A stretch of DNA of 64,000 nucleotides, from positions 88,911 through 152,910 of the forward strand of contig CAZMNA010000001.1 in the NCBI GenBank assembly GCA_964567555.1. Direction: 5' to 3'. Shown piece by piece: positions 1 to 7,512 of the stretch (the stretch's first letter is position 1; every line of letters begins with the position of its first letter). The position numbers and the translations under genes are program-made. The stretch comes from an uncultured Candidatus Saccharibacteria bacterium. GTDB taxonomy: Bacteria; Patescibacteriota; Saccharimonadia; Saccharimonadales; UBA10212. The notes under the pieces are model-generated. The model worked only from the letters and a program-made list of their open reading frames with translations. It did no database searches and was not told the origin of the DNA.

Positions 1-437
1 CAGGCCGCAGCCAGGCCAACCAAGCCGGTAAGGAGGCGAAGAGCTTGGATATAGACTTGATAGTAAGTTCACCATTAAAAAGAGCTAGCCAAACGGCAGA
101 AATTATCGCAAGCGAAATTGGTTACCCGAAAGATAAGATTGTTTATTCGGACCTTTTTATGGAGCGCGATTACGGTAGTATGCAGGGCCAGCCGTGGGAT
201 GGTGCCAATGTCATAAATTTCGACACGGTTTTGGGCGCCGAGAAAGAGAGAGCATTGTTAAAAAGAGCCACTGAAGGCGCAGATTTCCTTAAAAATATGC
301 CCAAGGACAATATACTTTTTATCGGGCACGGGACAAATGGAAGAGCGGTTTTACGCTCGCTGACCAAACAGGAAGGCGAAGTTGAACTTTCAATCGAAAA
401 CGAAATCCCCAACGGCCACCCGGTCCGTTGGATTTAA
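1..437 (+). CDS. histidine phosphatase (phosphoglycerate-mutase-like) family protein, 5'-partial
   Basis: Frame of track ORF 45..437 stays open to base 1. SSPLKRASQTAEII and LFIGHGTNGRA resemble histidine-phosphatase superfamily segments. The RHG region would lie upstream of the window. Confidence 0.7.
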   Translation, partial: GRSQANQAGKEAKSLDIDLIVSSPLKRASQTAEIIASEIGYPKDKIVYSDLFMERDYGSMQGQPWDGANVINFDTVLGAEKERALLKRATEGADFLKNMPKDNILFIGHGTNGRAVLRSLTKQEGEVELSIENEIPNGHPVRWI

Positions 438-457
438 CCTGCCCAGCCCAGGTATGG

Positions 458-967
458 CTAGGAGCTAAGCTGCCTACGAGCAACTTGCCGTTTATATTCC
501 ACCACCGTCAAATAAATGATAATAAGGTCAAAGATAGTTAAGAGCGTCAGGCCAACCGAAAACTTGACCAGGATTATTCTGTAAAGCTGGTAAATAACAA
601 AAAGAGCAGTCACTACAATCAGACCAACATACGCCCACATTCGGTCGCGCCAGACTTCCTCCACCAACACTAGTTTTACGATTCCGTGGCTAAGTAAGTA
701 AGCCGCCCCAAAGGCCAGTGATGCGCCGCTCAGATGATGTGCGGTGTCCAGGATGTGCTTGGCGATATAATCATGCGGGTTCTCGCTCAGCTCGCCCTGG
801 GTCAAGTGTTCGGCCCAACGGCTAATTTGGTCAGGCGAAATTACTAAAAGTAATACCCCTCCTATTACTTCCACCAAACCATCCAGCGCCTTAAACAGCA
901 GCCCGATTCTAAAGGCTCGGTCGGTTAGGTCTTTGGGGTGTTCTACCGGATTTACTGCCTGTGTCAT
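458..967 (-). CDS. DUF2127-like multi-TM membrane protein
   Basis: Track ORF 458..1003 starts at TTG. The first ATG (967) lies 7 nt after TAAACT (975-980), suggesting a leaderless start. Several hydrophobic helices. Confidence 0.6.
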   Translation of the reverse strand: MTQAVNPVEHPKDLTDRAFRIGLLFKALDGLVEVIGGVLLLVISPDQISRWAEHLTQGELSENPHDYIAKHILDTAHHLSGASLAFGAAYLLSHGIVKLVLVEEVWRDRMWAYVGLIVVTALFVIYQLYRIILVKFSVGLTLLTIFDLIIIYLTVVEYKRQVARRQLSS

Positions 968-1060
968 AGCCCTGAGTTTAGTTTTAGCGCGTGAAAATTG
1001 CAAAGCCTTGAGCTATTATTAACTACGTCGCTAATAAACCAATAAAGGGGAGAACTAGTC

Positions 1061-2266
1061 ATGTTAGAGACTGCTCATGGTCTTATCCGCCGCGCTGGCA
1101 AAAAGTTGGGCTTAGACCAAGCCACGATTGATAAATTAATTGCTACTGATGCCGAACACGTCTTTGAGATAAAACTAGACAGCGGCAAAAAATTTGATGC
1201 CTACCGCGTTCAGCACAATAACAAGCTAGGGCCTTATAAGGGCGGTATCCGTTTTCACCCAGAAGTTAACCTGGATGAAGTCAGAGCCCTGGCAACACTT
1301 ATGAGCTTTAAGACGGCAGCGGCCGGGTTACCGCTGGGCGGCGGCAAAGGCGGCATTAGCGTTGACCCGCACGAACTTGATAAAGCCGAACTGGAAGAAC
1401 TTAGCCGAAAGTACGCTAAGGCGTTAGCCCCGCACATCGGGCCGGACAAAGATGTACCAGCGCCGGATGTTAACACCAACGCCCAGATTATTGATTGGAT
1501 GCTGGATGAATACCAAAAAGAGACTGGCGATAAATCCGGCGCCACCTTCACCGGCAAGAGCCTAGATAAAGGCGGCAGTTTAGGGCGCGACGCCGCCACT
1601 GGCCGCGGCGGTGTAATTGCCCTGCGCGAACTTCTCAAGCACACAGCTCAGGCAGAAAAAGAGTTGACTTATGCCGTCCAAGGATTTGGTAATGTTGGTT
1701 CGTTTTTTGCAACCGTAGCCAAAAAAGACCACCCCGGATGGAAAATGATTGCCGCCAGCGACTCCCGTGCGGCGCTATACAACCCTGACGGCTTAGACTC
1801 TAAAAAGCTGGATGAATATAAAGCCCAGGGCAAAAGCTTTGCCGATTACCACGAGCCGGGCGTAAAAGTTATCAACGGTGATGAAATGCTTGGTCTGTCC
1901 ATGGATGTGCTGGTACTAGCCGCACTGGGCGATGCTGTCACTAAAGCCAATGTGGATCAAATTAAAGCCAGCTTTATTGTTGAACTAGCCAACGGGCCGG
2001 TTAACGAAGCCGCCTTTGACATCCTGACCGCGCGCGGCGTCACGATTTTGCCAGATATTATTGCTAACGCTGGTGGCGTCATAGTCAGCTATTTAGAATG
2101 GGTCCAGAACAAAAACGGCGAACATTGGCCGGAAGATAAAGTTAACCGTGAGCTGGAAAATTATATGGTCAAGGCCGCTGAAGAACTTTACAAAACTGCT
2201 GACGCGCAAAACGTCAGCCTAAAAGAAGCGGCCTTCATCAACGCCATCAAAAACCTGACAAAGTAG
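1061..2266 (+). CDS. gdh: Glu/Leu/Phe/Val-family (glutamate) dehydrogenase
   Basis: SD AAGGGGAG upstream. KGGIRF and GLPLGGGKGG catalytic motifs, and a GFGNVG Rossmann motif. Confidence 0.9.
   Translation: MLETAHGLIRRAGKKLGLDQATIDKLIATDAEHVFEIKLDSGKKFDAYRVQHNNKLGPYKGGIRFHPEVNLDEVRALATLMSFKTAAAGLPLGGGKGGISVDPHELDKAELEELSRKYAKALAPHIGPDKDVPAPDVNTNAQIIDWMLDEYQKETGDKSGATFTGKSLDKGGSLGRDAATGRGGVIALRELLKHTAQAEKELTYAVQGFGNVGSFFATVAKKDHPGWKMIAASDSRAALYNPDGLDSKKLDEYKAQGKSFADYHEPGVKVINGDEMLGLSMDVLVLAALGDAVTKANVDQIKASFIVELANGPVNEAAFDILTARGVTILPDIIANAGGVIVSYLEWVQNKNGEHWPEDKVNRELENYMVKAAEELYKTADAQNVSLKEAAFINAIKNLTK
2236..2262 (+). repeat. 27-bp direct repeat, copy A (last codons of gdh)
   Basis: catcaacgccatcaaaaacctgacaaa is identical to 2885-2911. 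Both copies are followed by Rtag. Confidence 0.95.
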
Positions 2267-2319
2267 TAAGTTACCAAAAAATAAAAAAATGGTTTAATTG
2301 ATTTAGTATTGGAGGTTAT

Positions 2320-2871
2320 ATGGTTCAGCCAGAAGGTTTATCTAAAAAAGCCGAGCTTGTGCGAGTAACTGCAGCAGTTGGCATGATTGCTGCTGGGATG
2401 TTCAGTGGTGGACTTGGTGGCTATGAGATAACAAAATCAGATAGCGATTCTGCTCGCAGCGATGCTCGAGCCGCCGCAGCTAGTGATGCTGGCTGCCTAG
2501 CCCTAGAAAATCATTTAAAACAAAGTGGTAGTGGCCGTGTCGTCCGAATTGACATTTTAACCCACCGTCAAGTCCTAGACTGCGGCCTGCAAGGTTTGGT
2601 GGATTTCGATATTGGTCCTTTGCCGCTGAGCGGTAAGGTTACTGACCTAGTCGTAGAATTACCAAGTCCTGATCAACTACAACAAGACCTCCTACACCAA
2701 ACTCACAGCGCTGAAGATCCTAGAACAGGAGAAGAAGTAGCTGGCATTATTGTTGGGGGTCTGATTGGTGGTGCTGTTGGCGCGAAAGTAGGTGAGCTAA
2801 TATCCGCACTTGATGATAGGCGCCGCCGCAAAAATAATCGGAAAAGATCGTCAACCATAGCAAGCGCTTAA
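2320..2871 (+). CDS. hypothetical 2-TM glycine-zipper membrane protein (orf183)
   Basis: SD GGAGG. TM-like VTAAVGMIAAGMFSGGLGG and VAGIIVGGLIGGAVGAKVG, and a basic tail RRRRKNNRKR. No family recognised. Confidence 0.55.
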   Translation: MVQPEGLSKKAELVRVTAAVGMIAAGMFSGGLGGYEITKSDSDSARSDARAAAASDAGCLALENHLKQSGSGRVVRIDILTHRQVLDCGLQGLVDFDIGPLPLSGKVTDLVVELPSPDQLQQDLLHQTHSAEDPRTGEEVAGIIVGGLIGGAVGAKVGELISALDDRRRRKNNRKRSSTIASA

Positions 2872-2884
2872 TTTAATAGCCCCC

Positions 2885-2911
2885 CATCAACGCCATCAAA
2901 AACCTGACAAA
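2885..2911 (+). repeat. 27-bp direct repeat, copy B (orphaned duplicate of gdh 3' end)
   Basis: Identical to 2236-2262. It would still encode INAIKNLTK-stop. Lies just upstream of the TATAAT (2927-2932) of tRNA-Met. Confidence 0.95.
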
Positions 2912-2947
2912 ATAGGTCGTGGTTGTTATAATTACCCCTGTTACGTG

Positions 2948-3023
2948 GCAGGGTAGCTCAGTTGGTTAGAGCACAGGACTCATAAGCCTGGGGTCGCGAG
3001 TTCAAATCTCGCCCCTGCTACCA
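2948..3023 (+). tRNA. tRNA-Met (CAU), elongator-like
   Basis: 76-nt cloverleaf with anticodon loop CTCATAA, T-arm GCGAG/TTCAAAT/CTCGC and encoded CCA. Resembles E. coli elongator tRNA-Met from memory. One A:G mismatch at 31:39. Confidence 0.85.
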
Positions 3024-3030
3024 AATAAAA

Positions 3031-3063
3031 AGTCTGTTTGGTACAAAACAGACTTTTTATTTT
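3031..3063 (+). terminator. rho-independent terminator after tRNA-Met
   Basis: Stem AGTCTGTTT / AAACAGACT followed by TTTTTATTTT. Confidence 0.8.
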
Positions 3064-3236
3064 AAAGCTAGCTACTCGCTAGAATCGAATCTATATCTTT
3101 GAATTCCGGTGTGGTTTCCGGTAATTCTAAAGCAAGTACATCCATTTTTTGTTCCCCTTTTTTGTTTTTTATTTTTTGGACTTAAGACACATTATACATA
3201 AACATTATCAAAAGTCAAATAAAAGTGTTTGAATAT

Positions 3237-3253
3237 TGGCCGCTTTTATGCTT
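3237..3253 (+). promoter_or_regulatory. degenerate fifth copy of the GCTTATGCTTGCA element
   Basis: TGGCCGCTTTTATGCTT versus TGGCCGCTTATGCTT at 55147-55160. Lies about 125 nt upstream of the RRM gene. Confidence 0.3.
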
Positions 3254-3379
3254 AACTTTCCGCTAGGATCTTAGTCTTTTTAGTTCGAGCTTAGGCACGA
3301 CCATTTCGGACACGGCCGTTCGCAACCTCACTGACTAAGGGGTCGTACCTAGCAAGTTAAACAAGGATTTAAATTTAAA

Positions 3380-3634
3380 ATGTACAAGTTATTTGTAGGT
3401 GGTTTGCCTTTTTCAACCACCGATGACGAACTTAAAGAAGCTTTTGAAGCTCACGGCAAAGTGGCATCCGCCACGGTTGTTCGTGACCGCGACACCGGCC
3501 GCAGCAAAGGCTTTGGCTTCGTTGAGTTTGAAAACGAAGACGAAGGCAAAGCTGCCCAAGCAGCCATGAACGGCTCCGACATGGGCGGCCGTACTATCAT
3601 GGTTGACGTGGCTCGGCCAAAAGAAAACCGCTAA
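3380..3634 (+). CDS. RRM-type RNA-binding protein
   Basis: 84 aa. RNP-2 LFVGGL and RNP-1 KGFGFVEF motifs. Confidence 0.9.
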   Translation: MYKLFVGGLPFSTTDDELKEAFEAHGKVASATVVRDRDTGRSKGFGFVEFENEDEGKAAQAAMNGSDMGGRTIMVDVARPKENR

Positions 3635-3655
3635 TTTTAGAGGTTAACTCACGAG

Positions 3656-3684
3656 AAAACTCCCCATTTTTTGGGGAGTTTTTG
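3656..3684. terminator. bidirectional terminator between convergent RRM and sigma genes
   Basis: AAAACTCCCCA-ttttt-TGGGGAGTTTTT, with an A-run before and a T-run after. Confidence 0.8.
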
Positions 3685-3690
3685 TGTGGC

Positions 3691-4266
3691 CTAGGCTACT
3701 TCCTCTTCGCCCAAAATAGCATGTAACTTTGCCAGTCCGCGGGAAGCATGAGACTTAACTGTACCTAGCTTAATCCTAAGTTCGGCTGCAATTTGTTCAT
3801 AGGTCTTTCCCTCAAAATAAAACTTAAAAATAACAACCTGCTCCTGTTCAGAAAGCTTTTGGATTGCTTCCAAAATACGTTCTCTTTGTTCCCGTACGAT
3901 AACCTTCTTCTCAGGACTGTCTTCTCTACTTAGTATAGACAGGAGGTGGGGTTCGGGGTCAGTACTTATCTCATGGCTTCTTCTACCACGATGTTTTTTC
4001 AACTCGTCTTTTGATGTATTAATTAAAATGCTGTGCAGCCACGTCAACGGATGTGCTTCACCTCTAAATTGCCTGGATCTCTCCATAGCCTTCACGACGG
4101 TAGAATTCACATAATCATCTGGCTCTATTATGCTTCCGTGGGAACGCCTATCGCGTAAAATCTTCCGCGCCGCGTAAGCCGTCAAGGCCACTAGTGCCGT
4201 ACCTTCAAGTGCGTGTACCACCAGCTCTTTGTTGTCATCTGGCTTTGGCTCTTCATGTTTCGGCAT
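3691..4266 (-). CDS. sigma-70 family (ECF-like) RNA polymerase sigma factor
   Basis: Region 4 HTH KTYEQIAAELRIKLGTVKSHASRGLAKL, and region-2-like HPLTWLHSILINT. Track start 4311 is TTG. ATG at 4266 follows TATACT by 6 nt. Confidence 0.75.
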   Translation of the reverse strand: MPKHEEPKPDDNKELVVHALEGTALVALTAYAARKILRDRRSHGSIIEPDDYVNSTVVKAMERSRQFRGEAHPLTWLHSILINTSKDELKKHRGRRSHEISTDPEPHLLSILSREDSPEKKVIVREQRERILEAIQKLSEQEQVVIFKFYFEGKTYEQIAAELRIKLGTVKSHASRGLAKLHAILGEEEVA

Positions 4267-4341
4267 AATCGCAGTATAACGCTCGTTAAAGGACTTATCT
4301 AGATATAGCAATCTATCAGCTTACTCTACCGTAGCAGGCTA

Positions 4342-4359
4342 GAATTTAGCTGTTATGAG
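4342..4359 (+). promoter_or_regulatory. GAATTTAG-type intergenic motif, site 1
   Basis: GAATTTAGCTGTTATGAG in the sortase/sigma intergenic spacer. Related to sites at 52663, 55129 and 55459. Confidence 0.3.
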
Positions 4360-4448
4360 AATAAGTTGACCGAGTGGGAGCTCACGCTAAAAGTAGCCGC
4401 GGATCCCCGCCGCCTCGTCATATTCTCCCCTCCGGAGTAAACCACCGT

Positions 4449-4973
4449 CTAGTGCTGATGTGGCTTTACTAGTACCGCCCTTGCAGTCATCCAGTCGTCA
4501 CTTGTGTAGCGGGGCCAGCAGCAGCGGAAGAAGATTGTCTCAATATGGGGATGCTTCTTGCTATATCTCTCAATGTACCCGTTGCCTTTCCACTGTGGAT
4601 GTGGTTCAGGAGTCCGGACAAACCGGTACGTATACCACACACCGTTCCACCTGATCTTTGCGACGTAGCCTGGCTTGATCAGGTAGAGGTTATAGAACGG
4701 GCCGTGGGCGCCATAGCCTGGTACAGGCGTGACGTCGTGGCCATCGATCACCATCGTCTTGCTCATTCCGGGCCGAGCGTGGAAATTGTTATCCCAGACT
4801 GGGCCGAGCATCTCATGAGCGTCCGTATCCGTGCGGAGGATTTGCTTGTTGAAAATCCCCAGAGCCGGGATGGTCAGGAGAGTCCGGTTTCGCGGCTGGG
4901 CTGCGATACCGCTAGGCGCCGTAAGAACCATCGATGCCAGCACGGCAACGACGAGCAACATTACTCTTTTCAT
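4449..4973 (-). CDS. sortase family transpeptidase
   Basis: Signal/anchor MKRVMLLVVAVLASM after SD AAGAGG. LTIPALGI, VIDGHD, YNLYLIKPGYVAKI and a Cys-containing RCCWP segment match the sortase beta-barrel layout. Confidence 0.7.
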   Translation of the reverse strand: MKRVMLLVVAVLASMVLTAPSGIAAQPRNRTLLTIPALGIFNKQILRTDTDAHEMLGPVWDNNFHARPGMSKTMVIDGHDVTPVPGYGAHGPFYNLYLIKPGYVAKIRWNGVWYTYRFVRTPEPHPQWKGNGYIERYSKKHPHIETIFFRCCWPRYTSDDWMTARAVLVKPHQH

Positions 4974-5233
4974 ACCTCTTTCCATGCTGTGTATCACCCT
5001 TTCTGAGTAAATTATAATGTGGAACACTACGAGCCGAGAAGCCTAAAAGTTCTAGACATCTCAAAACTTTAACGACTAAACTGTAACACTAATATTAAAA
5101 TCTGTCAAGAGGAGTATCGCCGCTCTCCGTCTGTTATTCAGTCATGGTAGCCGAAGTTCATTCGAATTGGAACGCTATCTTGGCAGAACTGGTTAGGTGG
5201 AAGACCCTATGCAGTGAGAGTACTCAGAGCCAG

Positions 5234-5917
5234 CTATTCTTCCTCGGCCTCTGACTCATCCGTAACTACTCTAATGGTGTCTCTTAAAAACACACCTGGT
5301 GCACGGCCAACATGAAGCTGAGCAGACGCACGATGAACGGTACACCTGTCTATCAAAACGGCTCTATCTTTTGGTGCTTTTTCCGAAGTGGTTGCGAACC
5401 ATTTGGATATGCCACCACTCAACGCTGGAACTGGACCAACATAAATTCGAGTAGGATTACCTCGGTGATTAACTATAACGGCTTCAGCATCGCCTAAAAA
5501 ACGGTCACGATGTGTCGTACCCGGGGGCGAAAAGGGTAATAGATTTCCTGTCATAGTATGTAAAATCGAAGCTGCTGAACGAACTTTGCCGACTCTATAA
5601 AGCAGCGCATGCGACAAAGCAGTGTCTGGGGATACTTCTCTATAATCCCTATAAAGGCCGTCAATTTGCGTGACTGCCATCTGTAAATTAGCAGTCAGAT
5701 TATCGGCGTTAACTTCGCCAGTTATATCTTCTGCAGAAGAAGAGGCACTTCGCCCAACAACTAACTTACCGACGGTGGCTACTGTGAGCTCACCGCCTGG
5801 GGAGATGCGAGTTTCGTATTTTACAGAGGCTTGCATCGACTGGTCGAATTCAGCCGAGTGCCAATTTGGTTGTATTTCACCTAAGTCATAGAAATGTGAA
5901 GAAACTACTTTTACCAT
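5234..5917 (-). CDS. hypothetical protein (orphan O1, 227 aa)
   Basis: Long ORF with an acidic C-terminus and no TM or signal peptide. Preceded by a TTGCAA-16-TAATAT promoter inside the repeated element. Confidence 0.6.
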   Translation of the reverse strand: MVKVVSSHFYDLGEIQPNWHSAEFDQSMQASVKYETRISPGGELTVATVGKLVVGRSASSSAEDITGEVNADNLTANLQMAVTQIDGLYRDYREVSPDTALSHALLYRVGKVRSAASILHTMTGNLLPFSPPGTTHRDRFLGDAEAVIVNHRGNPTRIYVGPVPALSGGISKWFATTSEKAPKDRAVLIDRCTVHRASAQLHVGRAPGVFLRDTIRVVTDESEAEEE

Positions 5918-5950
5918 TTGTGATTAAAATATTAAACCGAAATCATTAAC

Positions 5951-5979
5951 TTGCAAGCATAAGCCAAACAAAAAATTCC
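5951..5979 (-). promoter_or_regulatory. recurrent promoter-like element, copy 1
   Basis: Minus-strand GGAATTTTTTGTTTGGCTTATGCTTGCAA. 24 nt identical to 6604-6627. TTGCAA lies 16 nt from TAATAT (5929-5934). Confidence 0.6.
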
Positions 5980-5989
5980 CTGTTAATGT

Positions 5990-6559
5990 TTAGGCGGTAG
6001 TACTTGAACTTACTGCATCAGCAATATACGACTCAGGAAAACGCCTTCTCTGAAGCTCTTCAGCAGTCATGGTTTTTACGGCCTCGAGATAGCTTTCCAC
6101 TGACCACTGAAAGTTATTTAACTCTCGGCGCATTCGGTCTCCGAAGGGGGATGTCTCGGGTCTAGCAGCAGGATCTTCTATATCTGTACGTTTTAACTTT
6201 TCGTGATGTCTTGCAAGACCATCATTAAAATCATAGGTAAACCATTCTGACGATAACTCATCTTGCCAATGCGATTTAACAATCCCGAACCTTAGATGCA
6301 AACCAATGTCCTTACCATCAACTTGATAGGGTATCGGTACAACCGGCGTAAATGCTTCAATATCGTCTCCGCGCTGACGCTTTTCGGGTATGAGCTGTAG
6401 AAGAGTCTCAAAAATTAAGTCATACTTTTGCTCTGAGCTCAATCTTTCGAAGTCTACAGGCGTTTCAGGTTCTTCTTCAAGAATTGTACTTAACTTATCT
6501 TGCTCTGAATGAACAACAGTTCTTTGTTTCTGCACTCTAACCACTTGCTCTGGTTTCAC
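5990..6559 (-). CDS. hypothetical protein (orphan O2, 189 aa)
   Basis: Track ORF 5990..6745 runs through the promoter element and the tRNA fragment. GTG at 6559 has SD AAGGAG 6 nt upstream. Acidic and soluble. Confidence 0.55.
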   Translation of the reverse strand: MKPEQVVRVQKQRTVVHSEQDKLSTILEEEPETPVDFERLSSEQKYDLIFETLLQLIPEKRQRGDDIEAFTPVVPIPYQVDGKDIGLHLRFGIVKSHWQDELSSEWFTYDFNDGLARHHEKLKRTDIEDPAARPETSPFGDRMRRELNNFQWSVESYLEAVKTMTAEELQRRRFPESYIADAVSSSTTA

Positions 6560-6603
6560 ATTAAACTCCTTAACTACTATTACTCTAGAACTTGTTTTTA
6601 GAT

Positions 6604-6627
6604 TTGCAAGCATAAGCCAAACAAAAA
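6604..6627 (-). promoter_or_regulatory. recurrent promoter-like element, copy 2
   Basis: Minus-strand TTTTTGTTTGGCTTATGCTTGCAA, then 16 nt and TAGAGT. Confidence 0.6.
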
Positions 6628-6646
6628 GACCCCTTTTTACGGAGGT
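6621..6646 (-). terminator. terminator hairpin downstream of the tRNA-fragment copy
   Basis: Minus-strand GACCTC-cgtaaaa-GGGGTC followed by TTTTTGTTT. The G:U pair only works on the minus strand. Confidence 0.55.
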
Positions 6647-6661
6647 CAAAGTGCTTATGCT

Positions 6662-6682
6662 TGGTAGCGGGGGCAGGATTTG
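6662..6682 (-). repeat. 21-nt duplicate of the tRNA-fMet 3' end (T-loop to CCA), att-like
   Basis: CAAATCCTGCCCCCGCTACCA (minus) is identical to 6873-6893. No matching T-stem 5' strand, so this is not a second tRNA. Confidence 0.9.
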
Positions 6683-6838
6683 GTCACAGATATTTTTCCG
6701 TGCGGGAAAATTCCGCGACCCCGCCTCAGCTCGGGTGGCTGCCAAGCCACGCCGGGCTTCCGGCCGTCCGAACTGCCGCCAGGCAGTTCTCCCCTCCGAC
6801 CTCTACTCGGTCGCAGATCAAACATTGCCATGTGACCA
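6681..6838 (-). ncRNA. candidate structured RNA / integration remnant
   Basis: 8-bp closing stem TGGTCACA (6831-6838) / TGTGACCA (6681-6688). Two hairpins with identical TGGC loops (6735-6750, 6771-6788). GC-rich. The only ORFs are track artefacts. Confidence 0.3.
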
Positions 6839-6840
6839 CG

Positions 6841-6864
6841 AAAAAAGCCCCAGCAAGCTGGGAC
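6841..6864 (-). terminator. rho-independent terminator after tRNA-fMet
   Basis: Minus-strand CCCAG-cttg-CTGGG followed by GCTTTTTT. Confidence 0.7.
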
Positions 6865-6872
6865 CCTTTTCG

Positions 6873-6947
6873 TGGTAGCGGGGGCAGGATTTGCACCTGC
6901 GACCTCGTGGTTATGAGCCACGCGAGCTACTACTGCTCCACCCCGCG
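6873..6947 (-). tRNA. initiator tRNA-fMet (CAU)
   Basis: CGCGGGGTGGAGCAG... start typical of initiator tRNA, with a C1:U72 mismatch. Anticodon loop CTCATAA and encoded CCA. Coordinates cross-checked against track ORF 6655..6921. Confidence 0.9.
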
Positions 6948-7002
6948 ATATCTTGCCTCCCCTAAGGCTAGTAGGTTATTTTAGACGTTTTTAAGGGGTT
7001 AG

Positions 7003-7449
7003 TCAATTGCCCGGCACGTTGCGGCCAAGCAAGAAATCTTTCCAGGCGTCTAGGTTCTTTATGTAAGTTGGCTGCGTTTTTTTGGTCGTCTGGTTTTGAG
7101 TTGCCGTCAGGCTTTTATCGACATATTTCATGGCTGTAGCGTTAGAAATCAGCCAAACTTGCTCGCCTTGACCCGCCAAGCCCAGATCTTGCCGCGCCGC
7201 CAAGTCCAAGTATTGATTGGTCTTGTAGTATTGGTTTTCAAGCGCTGTGTTTTGGTTTTGCAGGTTGATAACAGCGTTTTGCTGCTTGAGCGTAGAAATT
7301 TGTTTTTGCAGCTCGTAATTGGTCTGGATAGTTTTAACGCCGCTCCAAGAAATCGCCAGCACAATCAGAACAAAGATATAAAGCCCGATGTCCTGCGGAC
7401 TTCGTTTAATTTTTCCTAGATGCAATAAAAAATTACTGAACATATCCAC
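7003..7449 (-). CDS. septum formation initiator family protein (FtsB/DivIC-like)
   Basis: N-terminal TM, then the coiled coil ELQKQISTLKQQNAVINLQNQNTALENQ, and YLDLAARQDLGL. Confidence 0.75.
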   Translation of the reverse strand: MDMFSNFLLHLGKIKRSPQDIGLYIFVLIVLAISWSGVKTIQTNYELQKQISTLKQQNAVINLQNQNTALENQYYKTNQYLDLAARQDLGLAGQGEQVWLISNATAMKYVDKSLTATQNQTTKKTQPTYIKNLDAWKDFLLGRNVPGN

Positions 7450-7512
7450 TTTTTAGCTTAGCAGTTTTTATGACCGGCAGCTTGAAAGCTATTTGTTATA
7501 CTGGCATGTGAT

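Noticed and set aside
3068-3145. 25-aa minus-strand micro-ORF (MDVLALELPETTPEFKDIDSILASS) with an AAGGGGAA SD-like sequence
   Set aside because: It is too short to support without conservation or expression data, so I noted it only.
5141-5180. TGGTAGCCGAAGTTCATTCGAATTGGAAC looks like the reverse complement of a tRNA 3' end (a possible second att remnant)
   Set aside because: The T-stem does not pair around the TTCGAAT loop, and no acceptor partner or anticodon arm follows. It matches none of the window's tRNAs, so it is probably a chance palindrome around TTCGAA.
6681-6838. Considered SRP RNA, tmRNA or RNase P RNA for this structured spacer and for the 36268-36533 gap
   Set aside because: I could not find the GGAA-tetraloop/AGCAGCC helix-8 signature of SRP RNA. 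A tmRNA-type GGGG...CCACCA acceptor pairing is also absent, as is the GAGGAAAGTCCGGGC P4 motif of RNase P. Only an Rfam/Infernal scan could settle it.
6651-6984. Three overlapping track ORFs (75, 88 and 107 aa) at the tRNA-fMet locus
   Set aside because: They read through a tRNA gene, its terminator and a hairpin-rich spacer. Alt-start codons and Arg/Gly/Pro-rich products also argue against them, so the region was treated as RNA or repeat.
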